From a bacterium (GTDB lineage Bacteria > Pseudomonadota > Alphaproteobacteria > Caulobacterales > Hyphomonadaceae), in assembly GCA_016125045.1 (NCBI GenBank), contig WGML01000009.1:117206-181205 (forward strand): 64,000 bases of DNA, written 5' to 3'. Shown here in pieces: positions 37,109-46,848 of this stretch. Every line of letters begins with the position of its first letter. Position 1 is the stretch's first letter. The translations under genes and the position numbers were made by a program. The notes beneath the pieces were generated by a model. That model was not told where the DNA came from and made no database searches. It saw nothing but the letters and a program-made list of their open reading frames with translations.

Positions 37109-37879
37109 CTACGCGGATGAGCCCGCCGCTGGATCAATCCCGGCCGGCAGCCAGCTCGGCTTCGCGGTCTTGCCCCCGAGCCAGTCGAAATATTCGGCAT
37201 AGGAGCCATAGGCGAGCCGCGGCTCGCGCCTTTCCGCCCGGGCGAGCTTCTGTTCATCGATGGCCTCCTCCGTCCAGTCGGTCGGCGGCGGCATTTCATC
37301 TCTCTCGAACCACCAGACATTGATGTGCCGCGTCGTCCATCTCGGTCCGGACGGACCCGGGTCTTGCGAGCCGATCGGCCAGACATAGCCGAGCAGCGTC
37401 TCGAGACGCCGTCGCAGCTCGTCGAGCCAGTTGATCCCGTCGTCTTCGTGTTGCGGCGGAGCCATTGCCTTGCCTCCGCCCTGCAACCTGTCCCCGACCC
37501 GAAGCATCCGCTCGGCGAGGCGCAGGGCGGTCTCGGCGCTCCGCATCTCGCCTTGCTCGGTCAGCGCCACGGCGATCGCCGACAGCTGCTCGGCCTGCGT
37601 CCGCATCGCCTTTCCGTCCGCGACATCGGTGAGGTTCAGCGGCGCCGTGTTGCGCCGCCCGGCAAGCGCGGGGTTCAGGCCCGCTGCGATCGCGGCGGCT
37701 GTCTCTTGATCGAGGTCCTTGCGCCGCCATCCACCCGCCTGCGCCCATTGCGCCAGCGTCGAGCCCGGCACGCCGAGCCGCGCCGCGACCTCCGCGCGCG
37801 CCGCGCCCGCCCGCACCAGCCGCTCGGCCTCGGCCCGAAGCTCCCGCCGCGCTTCCTCAGATCGGTAGCCAAATCCCAT
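37109..37879 (-). CDS. Hypothetical protein with N-terminal HTH
   Basis: EVAARLGVPGSTLAQWAQAGGWRRKD HTH-like segment, helical middle, Trp-rich C-terminus. Confidence 0.7.
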   Translation of the reverse strand: MGFGYRSEEARRELRAEAERLVRAGAARAEVAARLGVPGSTLAQWAQAGGWRRKDLDQETAAAIAAGLNPALAGRRNTAPLNLTDVADGKAMRTQAEQLSAIAVALTEQGEMRSAETALRLAERMLRVGDRLQGGGKAMAPPQHEDDGINWLDELRRRLETLLGYVWPIGSQDPGPSGPRWTTRHINVWWFERDEMPPPTDWTEEAIDEQKLARAERREPRLAYGSYAEYFDWLGGKTAKPSWLPAGIDPAAGSSA

Positions 37880-37935
37880 GGCCGGAAGTCTAAGGCGCCC
37901 CGGCCGCGAGGGGGACAAGTCATCGCGCCCCCTCC

Positions 37936-38271
37936 TGTCATCCCGGAACCGCCGAAGGCGGTATCCGGGACCCAGCGTCACCTGCCCCCAAAACGCCTGC
38001 ACGCCCCCGATCCAGCACCCCCTGGGTCCCGGGTCTCGCTGGCGCTCGCCCGGGATGACACCCTTCCATGCACGATCAGATTGTCATCCCGGAAGCGGCG
38101 TGAGCCGCTATCCGGGACCCAGCCTCAAGAACCGCAATGCGCCACCCCCCCCTCCGGTCCTTCGGACCACCTCCCCCGTGAACGGGGGAGGATAAGAACC
38201 AACCCCGCCCCAGCTGTCCTCCCCCGTTCACGGGCCAGGTGCTGAGGGCCGCAGGCCCGAGGCGGAGGGGG
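37936..38271. repeat. REP-like palindromic repeat cluster 3
   Basis: Three GTCATCCCGG units (+,-,+) and an inverted pair of CCCCTCC units; 38082-38137 is identical to 30074-30129. Confidence 0.9.
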
Positions 38272-38281
38272 TGGACATCCC

Positions 38282-40468
38282 CTAAATCCCCAGCTCCGCC
38301 TCGCGCAGCCGTTTCACCTCGTCGCGCAGGCGCGCGGCCTCCTCGAATTCGAGGTTCGCGGCCGCCTCCCGCATCTTCTTCTCAAGGTCGCCGATCACCG
38401 CCTGCAGATTGTGGCCCGGGCCGCCGACGCCATACTCGTCCCCCTCCTCGGCGAGCACGAAGCGCGCATCCGACTTGCCGGCCCCTCTGCCCCCGCCCGA
38501 TCCGCCGCGCCCGCGGCCGGTCTTCGGCGCCGACTGGACGCCCTCCAGCACATCCTTCACGCCCGAGATCACCGTCACCGGAACGAGCCCGTTCGCCTCA
38601 TTGTGCGCGATCTGCTTGGCGCGCCGCCGCTCGGTTTCCGCCATCGCCCGCGCCATCGAGCCGGTGACGCTGTCCGCATAGAGCACCACGCGCGCCTCCG
38701 AATTGCGCGCCGCCCGGCCGATCGTCTGAACGAGCGAGGTCTCCGACCGCAGAAACCCTTCCTTGTCCGCGTCGAGAATGCCCACGAACGCGCATTCCGG
38801 GATGTCGAGACCCTCGCGCAGGAGGTTGATCCCCACGAGCACGTCGAACTTGCCGAGCCGGAGGTCGCGGATGATCTCGATGCGCTCGATCGTGTCGATG
38901 TCGGAATGCATGTAGCGCACGCGCACGCCCTGCTCGTGGAAGTGCTCGGTGAGCTGTTCGGCCATCTTCTTCGTCAGCGTCGTCACGAGCGAACGGAAGC
39001 CCTTGGCCGCCGTCGCCTTCACCTCCGCGAGGCAGTCGTCCACCTGGTTTGCGCCGTCGCGAAAAACCGGGCGCACCTCGACCGGCGGGTCGATCAGGTT
39101 CGTCGGGCGGATGATCTGTTCGGTGAACACACCGCCCGTGCGTTCGAGCTCCCACGGGCCGGGCGTCGCCGAGACGTGCACCGTCTGCGGCCGCATCGCC
39201 TCCCACTCCTCGAATTTGAGCGGCCGGTTGTCGAGGCAGCTCGGCAGGCGGAAGCCGTATTCCGAAAGGGTGTATTTGCGGCTGTAGTCGCCCTTGTACA
39301 TCGCGCCGAGCTGCGGGATCGTCTGGTGGCTCTCGTCGACGAAGACGATCGCGTTCTCCGGCAGGTATTCGAACATCGTCGGCGGCGGCTCGCCGGGTTT
39401 GCGGCCCGTGAGATAGCGCGAATAGTTCTCGATGCCGGCGCAGCTTCCGGTCGCGACGATCATTTCGAGGTCGAACTCGGTGCGCTGCTGAAGGCGCTGC
39501 GCCTCCAGGAGCTTGCCGTGCTGGGTCAGCCAGTTCACGCGCTGGCGCATCTCGTCCTTGATCAGCTCCACCGCCTGGGCGAGCGTCGGGCGCGGCGTCA
39601 CATAATGGCTGTTGGCGTACACCTTGATGCGGGGCAGCCGCTGCAGCGCCTTGCCCGACAACGGGTCGAATTCGTGGATCGCCTCCACCTCGTCGCCGAA
39701 GAACGACACCCGCCAGGCCCGGTCCTCCTGGTGGGCGGGCCAGACGTCCAGCACATCGCCCTTGATGCGGAACGTGCCGCGCCCGAAGGCGTGGTCGTTG
39801 CGCTTGTACTGGAGCGCCACGAGGTCGGCTGCGACCTCGCGCGGGGATCGGGTCTCGCCCTCGATCAGCGCGAACGTCATGGCGGAGTAGGATTCCACCG
39901 ACCCGATGCCGTAGATACACGACACCGACGCAACGATGATAACATCGTCGCGTTCAAGGATCGCCCGCGTCGCCGAGTGGCGCATCCGGTCGATCGCCTC
40001 GTTGATGGAGCTTTCCTTCTCGATATAGGTGTCCGTGCGCGGCACATAGGCTTCCGGCTGGTAGTAATCGTAATACGAAACGAAGTACTCGACACTATTA
40101 CCAGGAAAGAACGCCTTGAATTCGCCATACAATTGCGCGGCCAGCGTCTTGTTGTGGGCGAGGATCAGGGCCGGCCGCTGCACCGCCTCGATGACCTTCG
40201 CCATGGTGAACGTCTTGCCGGACCCGGTCACTCCCAGAAGAACCTGGTCCATCTCCCCGCTCTCGACGCCCTGCACGAGGTCGGCGATGGCCTGCGGCTG
40301 ATCCCCGGCGGGTTGATAGGCGGCGGCGACCTCGAAGCGGCGTCCGCCCTCGAACTTCTCCCATTCGCGAGCGGGCCTGTGGGGCGCCCAGATCGCCGGG
40401 GCCGGCGCCTCGGAGACGCCGCCGCGCGGTGCTTCTTCGGTCGTGATCGATCGCTTCGGTCTGGCCAT
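38282..40468 (-). CDS. uvrB: Excinuclease ABC subunit B
   Basis: [42 protein letters not shown] and C-terminal UVR domain. Confidence 0.98.
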   Translation of the reverse strand: MARPKRSITTEEAPRGGVSEAPAPAIWAPHRPAREWEKFEGGRRFEVAAAYQPAGDQPQAIADLVQGVESGEMDQVLLGVTGSGKTFTMAKVIEAVQRPALILAHNKTLAAQLYGEFKAFFPGNSVEYFVSYYDYYQPEAYVPRTDTYIEKESSINEAIDRMRHSATRAILERDDVIIVASVSCIYGIGSVESYSAMTFALIEGETRSPREVAADLVALQYKRNDHAFGRGTFRIKGDVLDVWPAHQEDRAWRVSFFGDEVEAIHEFDPLSGKALQRLPRIKVYANSHYVTPRPTLAQAVELIKDEMRQRVNWLTQHGKLLEAQRLQQRTEFDLEMIVATGSCAGIENYSRYLTGRKPGEPPPTMFEYLPENAIVFVDESHQTIPQLGAMYKGDYSRKYTLSEYGFRLPSCLDNRPLKFEEWEAMRPQTVHVSATPGPWELERTGGVFTEQIIRPTNLIDPPVEVRPVFRDGANQVDDCLAEVKATAAKGFRSLVTTLTKKMAEQLTEHFHEQGVRVRYMHSDIDTIERIEIIRDLRLGKFDVLVGINLLREGLDIPECAFVGILDADKEGFLRSETSLVQTIGRAARNSEARVVLYADSVTGSMARAMAETERRRAKQIAHNEANGLVPVTVISGVKDVLEGVQSAPKTGRGRGGSGGGRGAGKSDARFVLAEEGDEYGVGGPGHNLQAVIGDLEKKMREAAANLEFEEAARLRDEVKRLREAELGI

Positions 40469-40571
40469 GTCCCGAATATGGCGCAGCCCCGGATGCAACG
40501 CCACCGCGCTCTTCGCCACATTTTTGCGCCAGCGTGCGGTTATCCCCCGACGACCTTGACCGGAGTTCCGA

Positions 40572-41852
40572 ATGCCCCGCCCTCGACCAGGCCCCGCCGC
40601 CGCGCTCGCAGCCGTCGTCTCCCTGCTGCTCACCTTCGGCGCCGTCGCCCAGACCACTGCGTCAGGCTGGCGGGACGCCAGCAGATGGGAAGACGGCCGG
40701 AGCGTCGCCTGGCGGTCCGAGCCCGCACCCGCGTGCGAGGGCTCACATGTCGAACTCCAGATCACCAACCGCTCCAGCGTCGACCGCCAGGCCGCCTTGC
40801 GGTCGGCGACCTTCGCCTGCACCCGCGGCGGCTCCGACCAGTTGGCCCCCCGCGCACTTGGCTTCTCTCCCGCAGCTTCCACCCAGACCTCGGATCGCTT
40901 CTCATGCGTCTGCGCGGAGCGCGGCGGAGTGCTGGACCTCACGGATCTGGACGTGAGCTTCGCACTTCAGGGTCAAGGCGAATACACGACCGCTGAAGGG
41001 TGCCGGTACAAAGGGTCGTTCTCAAACGACAAGCGCAACGGTCCCGGAGAGTATGTTTGCCCGGATGGGACCCGGGCCGCCGGCCTGTTCGTCAACGGCG
41101 AACTGAATGGCTCCGGTGAGGAAACGCTTGCGAACGGCCAGCGCTATGTCGGTGCATTCATCAACGGTCGCAGAGAAGGGGCCGGCGTGATGACCTTCGC
41201 GGACGGATCCCGTTATGAGGGGGACTTCGTGGCCGGCAAGCGCGAGGGAACCGGGACGATGACCTACCCGGACGGCTCCAAGTATATCGGCGACTGGAAG
41301 GCGGATCGACGCTCCGGGGTCGGCACGTTTGTCGCCGCCGGCGGTGTGTGGACCTATGACGGCGACTGGGTGAACGACCAGCGCCAGGGCTCCGGCCGGC
41401 TCAGTTACGCTGATGGCTCCTACTCCTATCAAGGCACGTTCCGGCAGGACCTGCCAGAAGGACCAGGCCTCGCTCGGTTCGCGGATGGGCGGGTGTTTCG
41501 CGGCGAGTATCTCGCGGGCGTGCAATCCGGCGAGGGTGTCCTCACCTTTCCGGACGGCCGCACCATTTCCGGGTCTTTCCAGGATCACCAACCGAACGGC
41601 CGCGCCATCGATTCAGGCCCTGCCGGCGTGTTCGACGGCGAGTGGATGGACGGCGTGCTCAACGGCGCAGCGCGCGTCACCGCCAATGGAACTGTCTTTG
41701 AAGGCACGTTCGTGAACGGCAAGCGCAACGGCCGAGGAATCGAGCGGCTGGCCGACGGGTCGCAGCAGGAGTGCAATTTCGTCGACGACCAGATCAAGGG
41801 TCCTTGCAACCGCACGCTGAAGGACGGCCGCAGAATCGAGTTCCGCAGATAG
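40572..41852 (+). CDS. Secreted MORN-repeat protein
   Basis: Signal peptide and about 11-12 Y.G.F..G.R.G.G repeats. Confidence 0.88.
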   Translation: MPRPRPGPAAALAAVVSLLLTFGAVAQTTASGWRDASRWEDGRSVAWRSEPAPACEGSHVELQITNRSSVDRQAALRSATFACTRGGSDQLAPRALGFSPAASTQTSDRFSCVCAERGGVLDLTDLDVSFALQGQGEYTTAEGCRYKGSFSNDKRNGPGEYVCPDGTRAAGLFVNGELNGSGEETLANGQRYVGAFINGRREGAGVMTFADGSRYEGDFVAGKREGTGTMTYPDGSKYIGDWKADRRSGVGTFVAAGGVWTYDGDWVNDQRQGSGRLSYADGSYSYQGTFRQDLPEGPGLARFADGRVFRGEYLAGVQSGEGVLTFPDGRTISGSFQDHQPNGRAIDSGPAGVFDGEWMDGVLNGAARVTANGTVFEGTFVNGKRNGRGIERLADGSQQECNFVDDQIKGPCNRTLKDGRRIEFRR

Positions 41853-41903
41853 GGTGATCCTCGGTCCGGATCACCAAAAACCTGCGAGCGGCGAGCTTCC
41901 TAC

Positions 41904-43829
41904 TCAGGCTGACTTCAGGAACGGGCGGACGTCTCCGCCCGAGCGCTGAGCGACCTGCTCGACCTGGTCGATCTGGGACGCCGGGACAGCCCGTCCGAAC
42001 AGGAAGCCCTGGAATTCCTGACATCCGAACTCGCGCAGCAGCGCGGCCTGCGGCTCGGTTTCCACGCCCTCGGCAAGCACGCGCATGCCGAGATCCTTGG
42101 CGAGCCCGATCACGGACCGCACGATCGCCTGGGCTTCACGGCTGGACTCGATGTTGCGCACGAAACACTGATCGATCTTGAGCTTGTCGAACGGGAACGC
42201 CCGCAGATAGTTGAGCGACGAGAAACCCGTTCCGAAGTCATCGAGCGCGATCCGCACGCCGACTTCGCGCAGCGCTTCGAGGGTGCGCAGATTGCTTGCG
42301 GTCTCGCGCATCAGCACCGATTCAGTGATCTCGATCTCCAGGCGCCCCGCGTCGAGGCCCGACCGGCCAAGCGCCTGCAAGACCGTGCCGACGATCGCCG
42401 GATTTCGAAACTGCGCGCTCGAAAGATTCACCGCCACACGCAATGAGGTGTCGCGCCAACGCGCCGCTTCCTCGATGGCGCGCCGTATCGCCCACTCCCC
42501 GAGCGGCACGATGACACCCGTCTCCTCGGCGCAAGCAATGAACTCGGTCGGCGTCACCAGTCCGTGGCCCGGCCGGCGCCAGCGCAGCAGCGTTTCATAG
42601 CCTACAGGCGTCTCGGTTTGCGCGCTCACCAGCGGCTGGAAATAGACGTCCATACCATCGGTCGCGAGCGCACGCCGCAGGTCCGTCTCAAGTTCCGCCC
42701 GCGCCCGCGCATCCGTCTCCATGCCGGGCTCGAAGAAACGCGAGCACCCGCGCCCGTGGTCCTTTGCGCGCTGCAGCGCCAACTCGGCGTTCCGAAGCAG
42801 CTCGGATGCGTCGTCACCGTCCTCCGGCGCAATGGCGATGCCGACGCTGCCGCCGACAATCACGGTCTGCCCCTGCACCATCACCGGCGCGAGCATCGCA
42901 TCGACCATGAGGTCGGCGAGGTGGTCGGCGGTCTCCCTTGTGGCGCCGATCTGAAGCACCGCGAAATCATCTCCATGAAGCCGCGCCAGCACAACGTCCG
43001 GACCGACACAGTCCCGCAGCCGGCCGGCGACCAGCTTCAGGAACGCGTCGCCGGCGGCGTGACCGAGCGAGTCGTTCACCGATTTGAAATTGTCGATATC
43101 GATGCAGTGAAGGGCGAACGTCTCCCCTGAAGACCGCATCTGTTCGAATGCCCCTTCCACCTTATCAAGTAACGCGGCGCGGTTGGGCAGATGGGTGAGC
43201 GAGTCAAACTGGCTGTAGTAAGCGACTTCCTTCGTCGTCCCCGTGGATTCGGTCATATCCGAGGCGACGCCCCCAAAACCGCCATCCGCCTGAACGCGGC
43301 CCGAGAGCCGCCACCAGCGCGGTTCGCCCGGCGACTGCATTTCCAGCACCAGTTCGTGGAAGTTGCGCCCCTGGATCAGCGCTTTTTCAAGATCGCGTCC
43401 GCTGGACGGCGCGAAGAGGTCGATGAAGGGGCGTCCTTCGAGTCCCGCGGCCGGGTAGCGGGCCGCCTCAGCAAAGCGAGGCGACACGCCTCGCAGCCGC
43501 CATTGCGGGTCGACCGACCACAGCCAGTCCGCCTTGCCGTCATCATCGTCGCGCAGGAGGAGACCGATCGTTTCGCGGGCCCGCGTGAGCGATCGGTCGG
43601 CCCGTCCAAGTCTAAGCGCCAGCAGGGCGCACGCCGCCGACGCGAGGCAGATGCCGACGATCACCCCCCGGAGAGCGGGAACTAGGAACATGGTCGCGGT
43701 TAGGCCCGTGACGCCAATCAACGCGATCAAACGGGGCCGTTGAATGCCGAAGGGACGCTGATCAGGCTCAACGCCGGGTGCACGGCTGCGTGAGCCGGCC
43801 TCCAGTCCATTTGACCCGTCTGTCCGCAC
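41904..43829 (-). CDS. Membrane PAS-GGDEF-EAL protein (start uncertain)
   Basis: Two TM helices, PAS-like region, DIDNFK.VND..GH..GD, RLHGDDF, YETLLRW, EITES, DDFGTG, KID and AEGVE. Confidence 0.9.
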   Translation of the reverse strand: MRTDGSNGLEAGSRSRAPGVEPDQRPFGIQRPRLIALIGVTGLTATMFLVPALRGVIVGICLASAACALLALRLGRADRSLTRARETIGLLLRDDDDGKADWLWSVDPQWRLRGVSPRFAEAARYPAAGLEGRPFIDLFAPSSGRDLEKALIQGRNFHELVLEMQSPGEPRWWRLSGRVQADGGFGGVASDMTESTGTTKEVAYYSQFDSLTHLPNRAALLDKVEGAFEQMRSSGETFALHCIDIDNFKSVNDSLGHAAGDAFLKLVAGRLRDCVGPDVVLARLHGDDFAVLQIGATRETADHLADLMVDAMLAPVMVQGQTVIVGGSVGIAIAPEDGDDASELLRNAELALQRAKDHGRGCSRFFEPGMETDARARAELETDLRRALATDGMDVYFQPLVSAQTETPVGYETLLRWRRPGHGLVTPTEFIACAEETGVIVPLGEWAIRRAIEEAARWRDTSLRVAVNLSSAQFRNPAIVGTVLQALGRSGLDAGRLEIEITESVLMRETASNLRTLEALREVGVRIALDDFGTGFSSLNYLRAFPFDKLKIDQCFVRNIESSREAQAIVRSVIGLAKDLGMRVLAEGVETEPQAALLREFGCQEFQGFLFGRAVPASQIDQVEQVAQRSGGDVRPFLKSA

Positions 43830-43903
43830 AAGATGTCCCTCTGCACGCACCCGAAGGTTGCGCCAACCGCCCCCACTTATCGCACAGCAGCGTCGCCAAG
43901 CCG

Positions 43904-44935
43904 TTAATCGCGGCGCGCACCGAGACACGCCCTCAAAGCGTCGACATCCTCGGCGCGGGTCGCCCAGGAAGCCACGAAGCGATGGACGCCGCCTTCCCAA
44001 GGCGCGAACAAAGCCCCTGCCTGCTGGAGACGTCGCAGCGTTTCGGCCGGAAGGACCGCAAAGATCTCATTGCCGTCGACCGGCGCCGCCAGCTGCGCGG
44101 CGCCCTCTGACACCAGCACCTCGGCGAGCTTGGCGGCGGTGGCGTTCGCGTGCGCAGCGAGATCGAGCCACAGCCCGTCCGCCAGATAGGCCGTCAACTG
44201 GGCGCCGAGATAGCGCATTTTCGGCGGCATGTGCCCGCCTCTCTTGGCGCGCTCCCGGAGCTCGCCGATCCGCTGGCGCGCTTCGCCGAAGAGAATGATC
44301 GCTTCCACGCCTAGGGCGCCGTTCTTGGTGGCCCCAAAGCTCAAGACGTCCACCCCGGATTTCCATGTCAATTCGGCGGGAGATGCACCCGTCCCAGCGA
44401 CCGCGTTCGCGAATCGGGCGCCGTCGAGATGAACCAGCAACCCACCCGCCTTGGCGGCGTCCGTCAGCACCCGCATTTCCGCAGGGGAATAAGCGGCCCC
44501 GGACTCTGTCAGGTTGGAAAGCGAGAGCGCCGCCGCGGGAACCTGATGAACCGAGCCTGGCCGGTCGGAGGCAAGCCTGCCCGCGAGCGCAGCGGGATCG
44601 ATCTTCCCATGCGCCCCGGAAAGCAGCTGGAGCTTGGCGCCGCCCGTGAAAAACTCCGGTGCGCCACGTTCATCGCGCTCGACATGCGCCTGCTCATGAC
44701 ACAGCACCGCCCCTGTTGGCGGACAGATGACCGACAATGCGAGGGCGTTGGCCGCCGTTCCGGAGGCTGTAAGCCAGACCTCCACATCCGTCTCGAACAC
44801 CGCGGCGATCGCGGCGCGCGCGGCCTCGCACCAGGCGTCGGCGCCATAGCTCGCCGCCATGCCCCGATTTGCCGCCGCAACCGCTTCCATGATCAGCGGG
44901 TGCGCCGGGGCGGAGGTATCGGACGAGAAATTCAT
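43904..44935 (-). CDS. ltaE: Low-specificity L-threonine aldolase
   Basis: MNFSSD, YG.D, SGTAAN, H...DE.GAPE, HLDGARF and SFGATKNG motifs. Confidence 0.9.
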   Translation of the reverse strand: MNFSSDTSAPAHPLIMEAVAAANRGMAASYGADAWCEAARAAIAAVFETDVEVWLTASGTAANALALSVICPPTGAVLCHEQAHVERDERGAPEFFTGGAKLQLLSGAHGKIDPAALAGRLASDRPGSVHQVPAAALSLSNLTESGAAYSPAEMRVLTDAAKAGGLLVHLDGARFANAVAGTGASPAELTWKSGVDVLSFGATKNGALGVEAIILFGEARQRIGELRERAKRGGHMPPKMRYLGAQLTAYLADGLWLDLAAHANATAAKLAEVLVSEGAAQLAAPVDGNEIFAVLPAETLRRLQQAGALFAPWEGGVHRFVASWATRAEDVDALRACLGARRD

Positions 44936-45036
44936 CGCCACAGGGCTCCTTGGGGCCGGGCCGTGCGTCGTCGCCTGCTTGCGCGCCCCTTGGTTTGGCC
45001 TAAACATTGGTTCCGACGAGGGCAATGGGGGGCGGG

Positions 45037-46497
45037 ATGGGGTTCGACCCCGCGACGGCGACCACGGTGGTGGAGCCTTGGTCGCATGAACAGCGATATC
45101 TCGACCAGATGGCCGACGCCGCCGCGCTCGACGCGGCATGCGAGGGACTTGCCCGCGCCGATCCGGAAGCATCTGCGAAAGTCCTCGCGACCCCCGGCCA
45201 GAAGCATGGCGCGTGGGCGCTCCTTGGCGCATTCGTCGTTTTTGTCATGCTGGATGCGCCGGCGCTCTGGACCGCCATGGCTGCGGTCGCCACCTTCGTT
45301 TTTGGCGCGCTGATCATTCTGCGTTTCGCCGCGCTCATTGGGTTTCTGGGCGGAAGACACGGGCCGGAAACGAGCGCCGCCGATACGCCTTTGCCGGTGG
45401 TGTCGCTGCTTGTGCCGCTGCACCGCGAGGCCAACATGGTCGCACAGCTCGCCGAGGCGATCGCGCGGATCGACTACCCCGAGGACCGTCTCGATGTCAT
45501 CTTCATCACCGAGGCGGACGACGAAGCGACGAACGCCGCGCTGCGGCGCGACGCGCGCCTGTCGGACATGATCCGTATTCTTCCAGCGCCGCCCTGCGCG
45601 CCACGCACGAAACCCAAGGCGCTCAACTTCGCCCTTGCCTTCGCTCGCGGCGACATCATCGGCGTCCTTGACGCCGAGGACCGTCCTCACCCGAGGCAGG
45701 TGCGCGCCGCGGCCGCAGCGTTCGCGCACGGCCCAAGGTCACTCGCGGTCGTGCAGGCTCCCCTGCTCACGGACAACCCGCATGAAAGCTGGCTGGCAGC
45801 CCATTTTCACCTCGAATACGCCAATCACTCTCTGATCTGGCTGCCCTTCCTCGCGCGCCTCCACTGGCCGCTCATGCTTGGTGGAACGAGCAATTATTTC
45901 AGCGCGCGTCATCTGCGCAAGGCTGGCGGGTGGGACCCCTACAACGTTACGGAGGACGCCGATCTCGGCCTCCGGCTCGCGCGGTTCGGCTTCACGGCGC
46001 GTGTCATCCAACCGCCCACGATCGAGGAAGGCCCGGTCCGCGCCCGCGACTGGCTCACCCAACGCACGCGCTGGATCAAGGGACACCTGCAAACATGGCT
46101 GGTGCTCAACCGGCGACCGTTCGAGACCGCCTCAGGCATGGGAGTGTGGTCCTATTTCGGGGCGCAGATCACGCTCGGCGGATCCCTTCTCGCCGCTGCG
46201 CTGCACGGCCCGTTGCTTGTCTGGCTGATCACGGCGATCGCCTTCAGACCCGACTTTATCGCCGACTGGCGGGCGATTCTCCTTGGGGCGGGATATGTCA
46301 GCTCCGCGGCGTCGGCGCTCGCGGCCGCCGGGCTGCGAGACCGGGGATGGACGCTGCTGTCCCTGCCGCTCTACCGGCCCTTGCTCAGCATCGCCTTCGC
46401 GATTGCCGTGCACGATCTCCTGTCCCGCCCCCACCACTGGGCCAAGACGCCGCACCGGCCGCAGGCGGACCGGCTTGCGAACCGTTCGCGGTCATGA
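45037..46497 (+). CDS. Membrane glycosyltransferase family 2 (processive type; start uncertain)
   Basis: PRTKPKALN, DAED, GGTSN, WDPYNVTEDADLG and QRTRW motifs with flanking TM helices. Confidence 0.9.
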   Translation: MGFDPATATTVVEPWSHEQRYLDQMADAAALDAACEGLARADPEASAKVLATPGQKHGAWALLGAFVVFVMLDAPALWTAMAAVATFVFGALIILRFAALIGFLGGRHGPETSAADTPLPVVSLLVPLHREANMVAQLAEAIARIDYPEDRLDVIFITEADDEATNAALRRDARLSDMIRILPAPPCAPRTKPKALNFALAFARGDIIGVLDAEDRPHPRQVRAAAAAFAHGPRSLAVVQAPLLTDNPHESWLAAHFHLEYANHSLIWLPFLARLHWPLMLGGTSNYFSARHLRKAGGWDPYNVTEDADLGLRLARFGFTARVIQPPTIEEGPVRARDWLTQRTRWIKGHLQTWLVLNRRPFETASGMGVWSYFGAQITLGGSLLAAALHGPLLVWLITAIAFRPDFIADWRAILLGAGYVSSAASALAAAGLRDRGWTLLSLPLYRPLLSIAFAIAVHDLLSRPHHWAKTPHRPQADRLANRSRS

Positions 46498-46554
46498 TGA
46501 AGCACGGTGCTGGCCTATCGATCAGTGTTGCAAACAGTCGGATGAGTTCAATCA

Positions 46555-46758
46555 ATGGGCTGGACCGGAACCATCATCGCCGGGGCGGTTGGGCTTGGAT
46601 TGATCATTGTATCCGCCTGGCGGGCTGAACAACCCGTCAATCCGCTGCGGCCGCGAATGATCCCCTGGCGCTTCCTGACGCTGGTGGGCGCCGCCTGGGT
46701 GCTTGTCATCGTGACGCACATGGTCAACCTCGCCGGCTTTGAAACCGGACCCCGTTAG
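46555..46758 (+). CDS. Small two-TM membrane protein
   Basis: Two hydrophobic helices around PRMIPW; fills the intergenic gap. Confidence 0.65.
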   Translation: MGWTGTIIAGAVGLGLIIVSAWRAEQPVNPLRPRMIPWRFLTLVGAAWVLVIVTHMVNLAGFETGPR

Positions 46759-46848
46759 ACGATCCTCTTTGCGAATCTGCGTGTCGAGCGATAGTCTGAC
46801 CGGCGAGGCTCGACGGGCGCCAAGACCCGCGTCCTCGGGGGAGGTTCC

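Noticed and set aside
37109..37879. Prophage or gene transfer agent inferred from the terminase-like HTH
   Set aside because: No large terminase, portal, capsid, tail or integrase genes nearby
29986..38271. Repeat clusters as a CRISPR array or integron attC array
   Set aside because: Units vary in type and orientation, spacers are themselves duplicated between clusters, there is no regular period, and no cas or integrase gene is present
40469..40571. SOS box upstream of uvrB
   Set aside because: No GTTC-N7-GTTC or GAAC-N7-GAAC found in the intergenic region
40469..40942. Long N-terminal extension of UvrB in the ORF track (similar extensions on etfB, ltaE, the nitroreductase and the amidoligase)
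   Set aside because: They overlap neighbouring genes or precede the family N-terminus; downstream starts fit better
45038..45064. GGGGTTCGACCCC...ACCA resembling a tRNA T-arm and 3' end
   Set aside because: The stem does not pair with a 7-nt loop, no cloverleaf lies upstream, and it falls at the start of the GT2 reading frame
46759..46848. Cobalamin riboswitch ahead of the TonB receptor
   Set aside because: The gap is only 90 bp and lacks recognisable B12-box motifs
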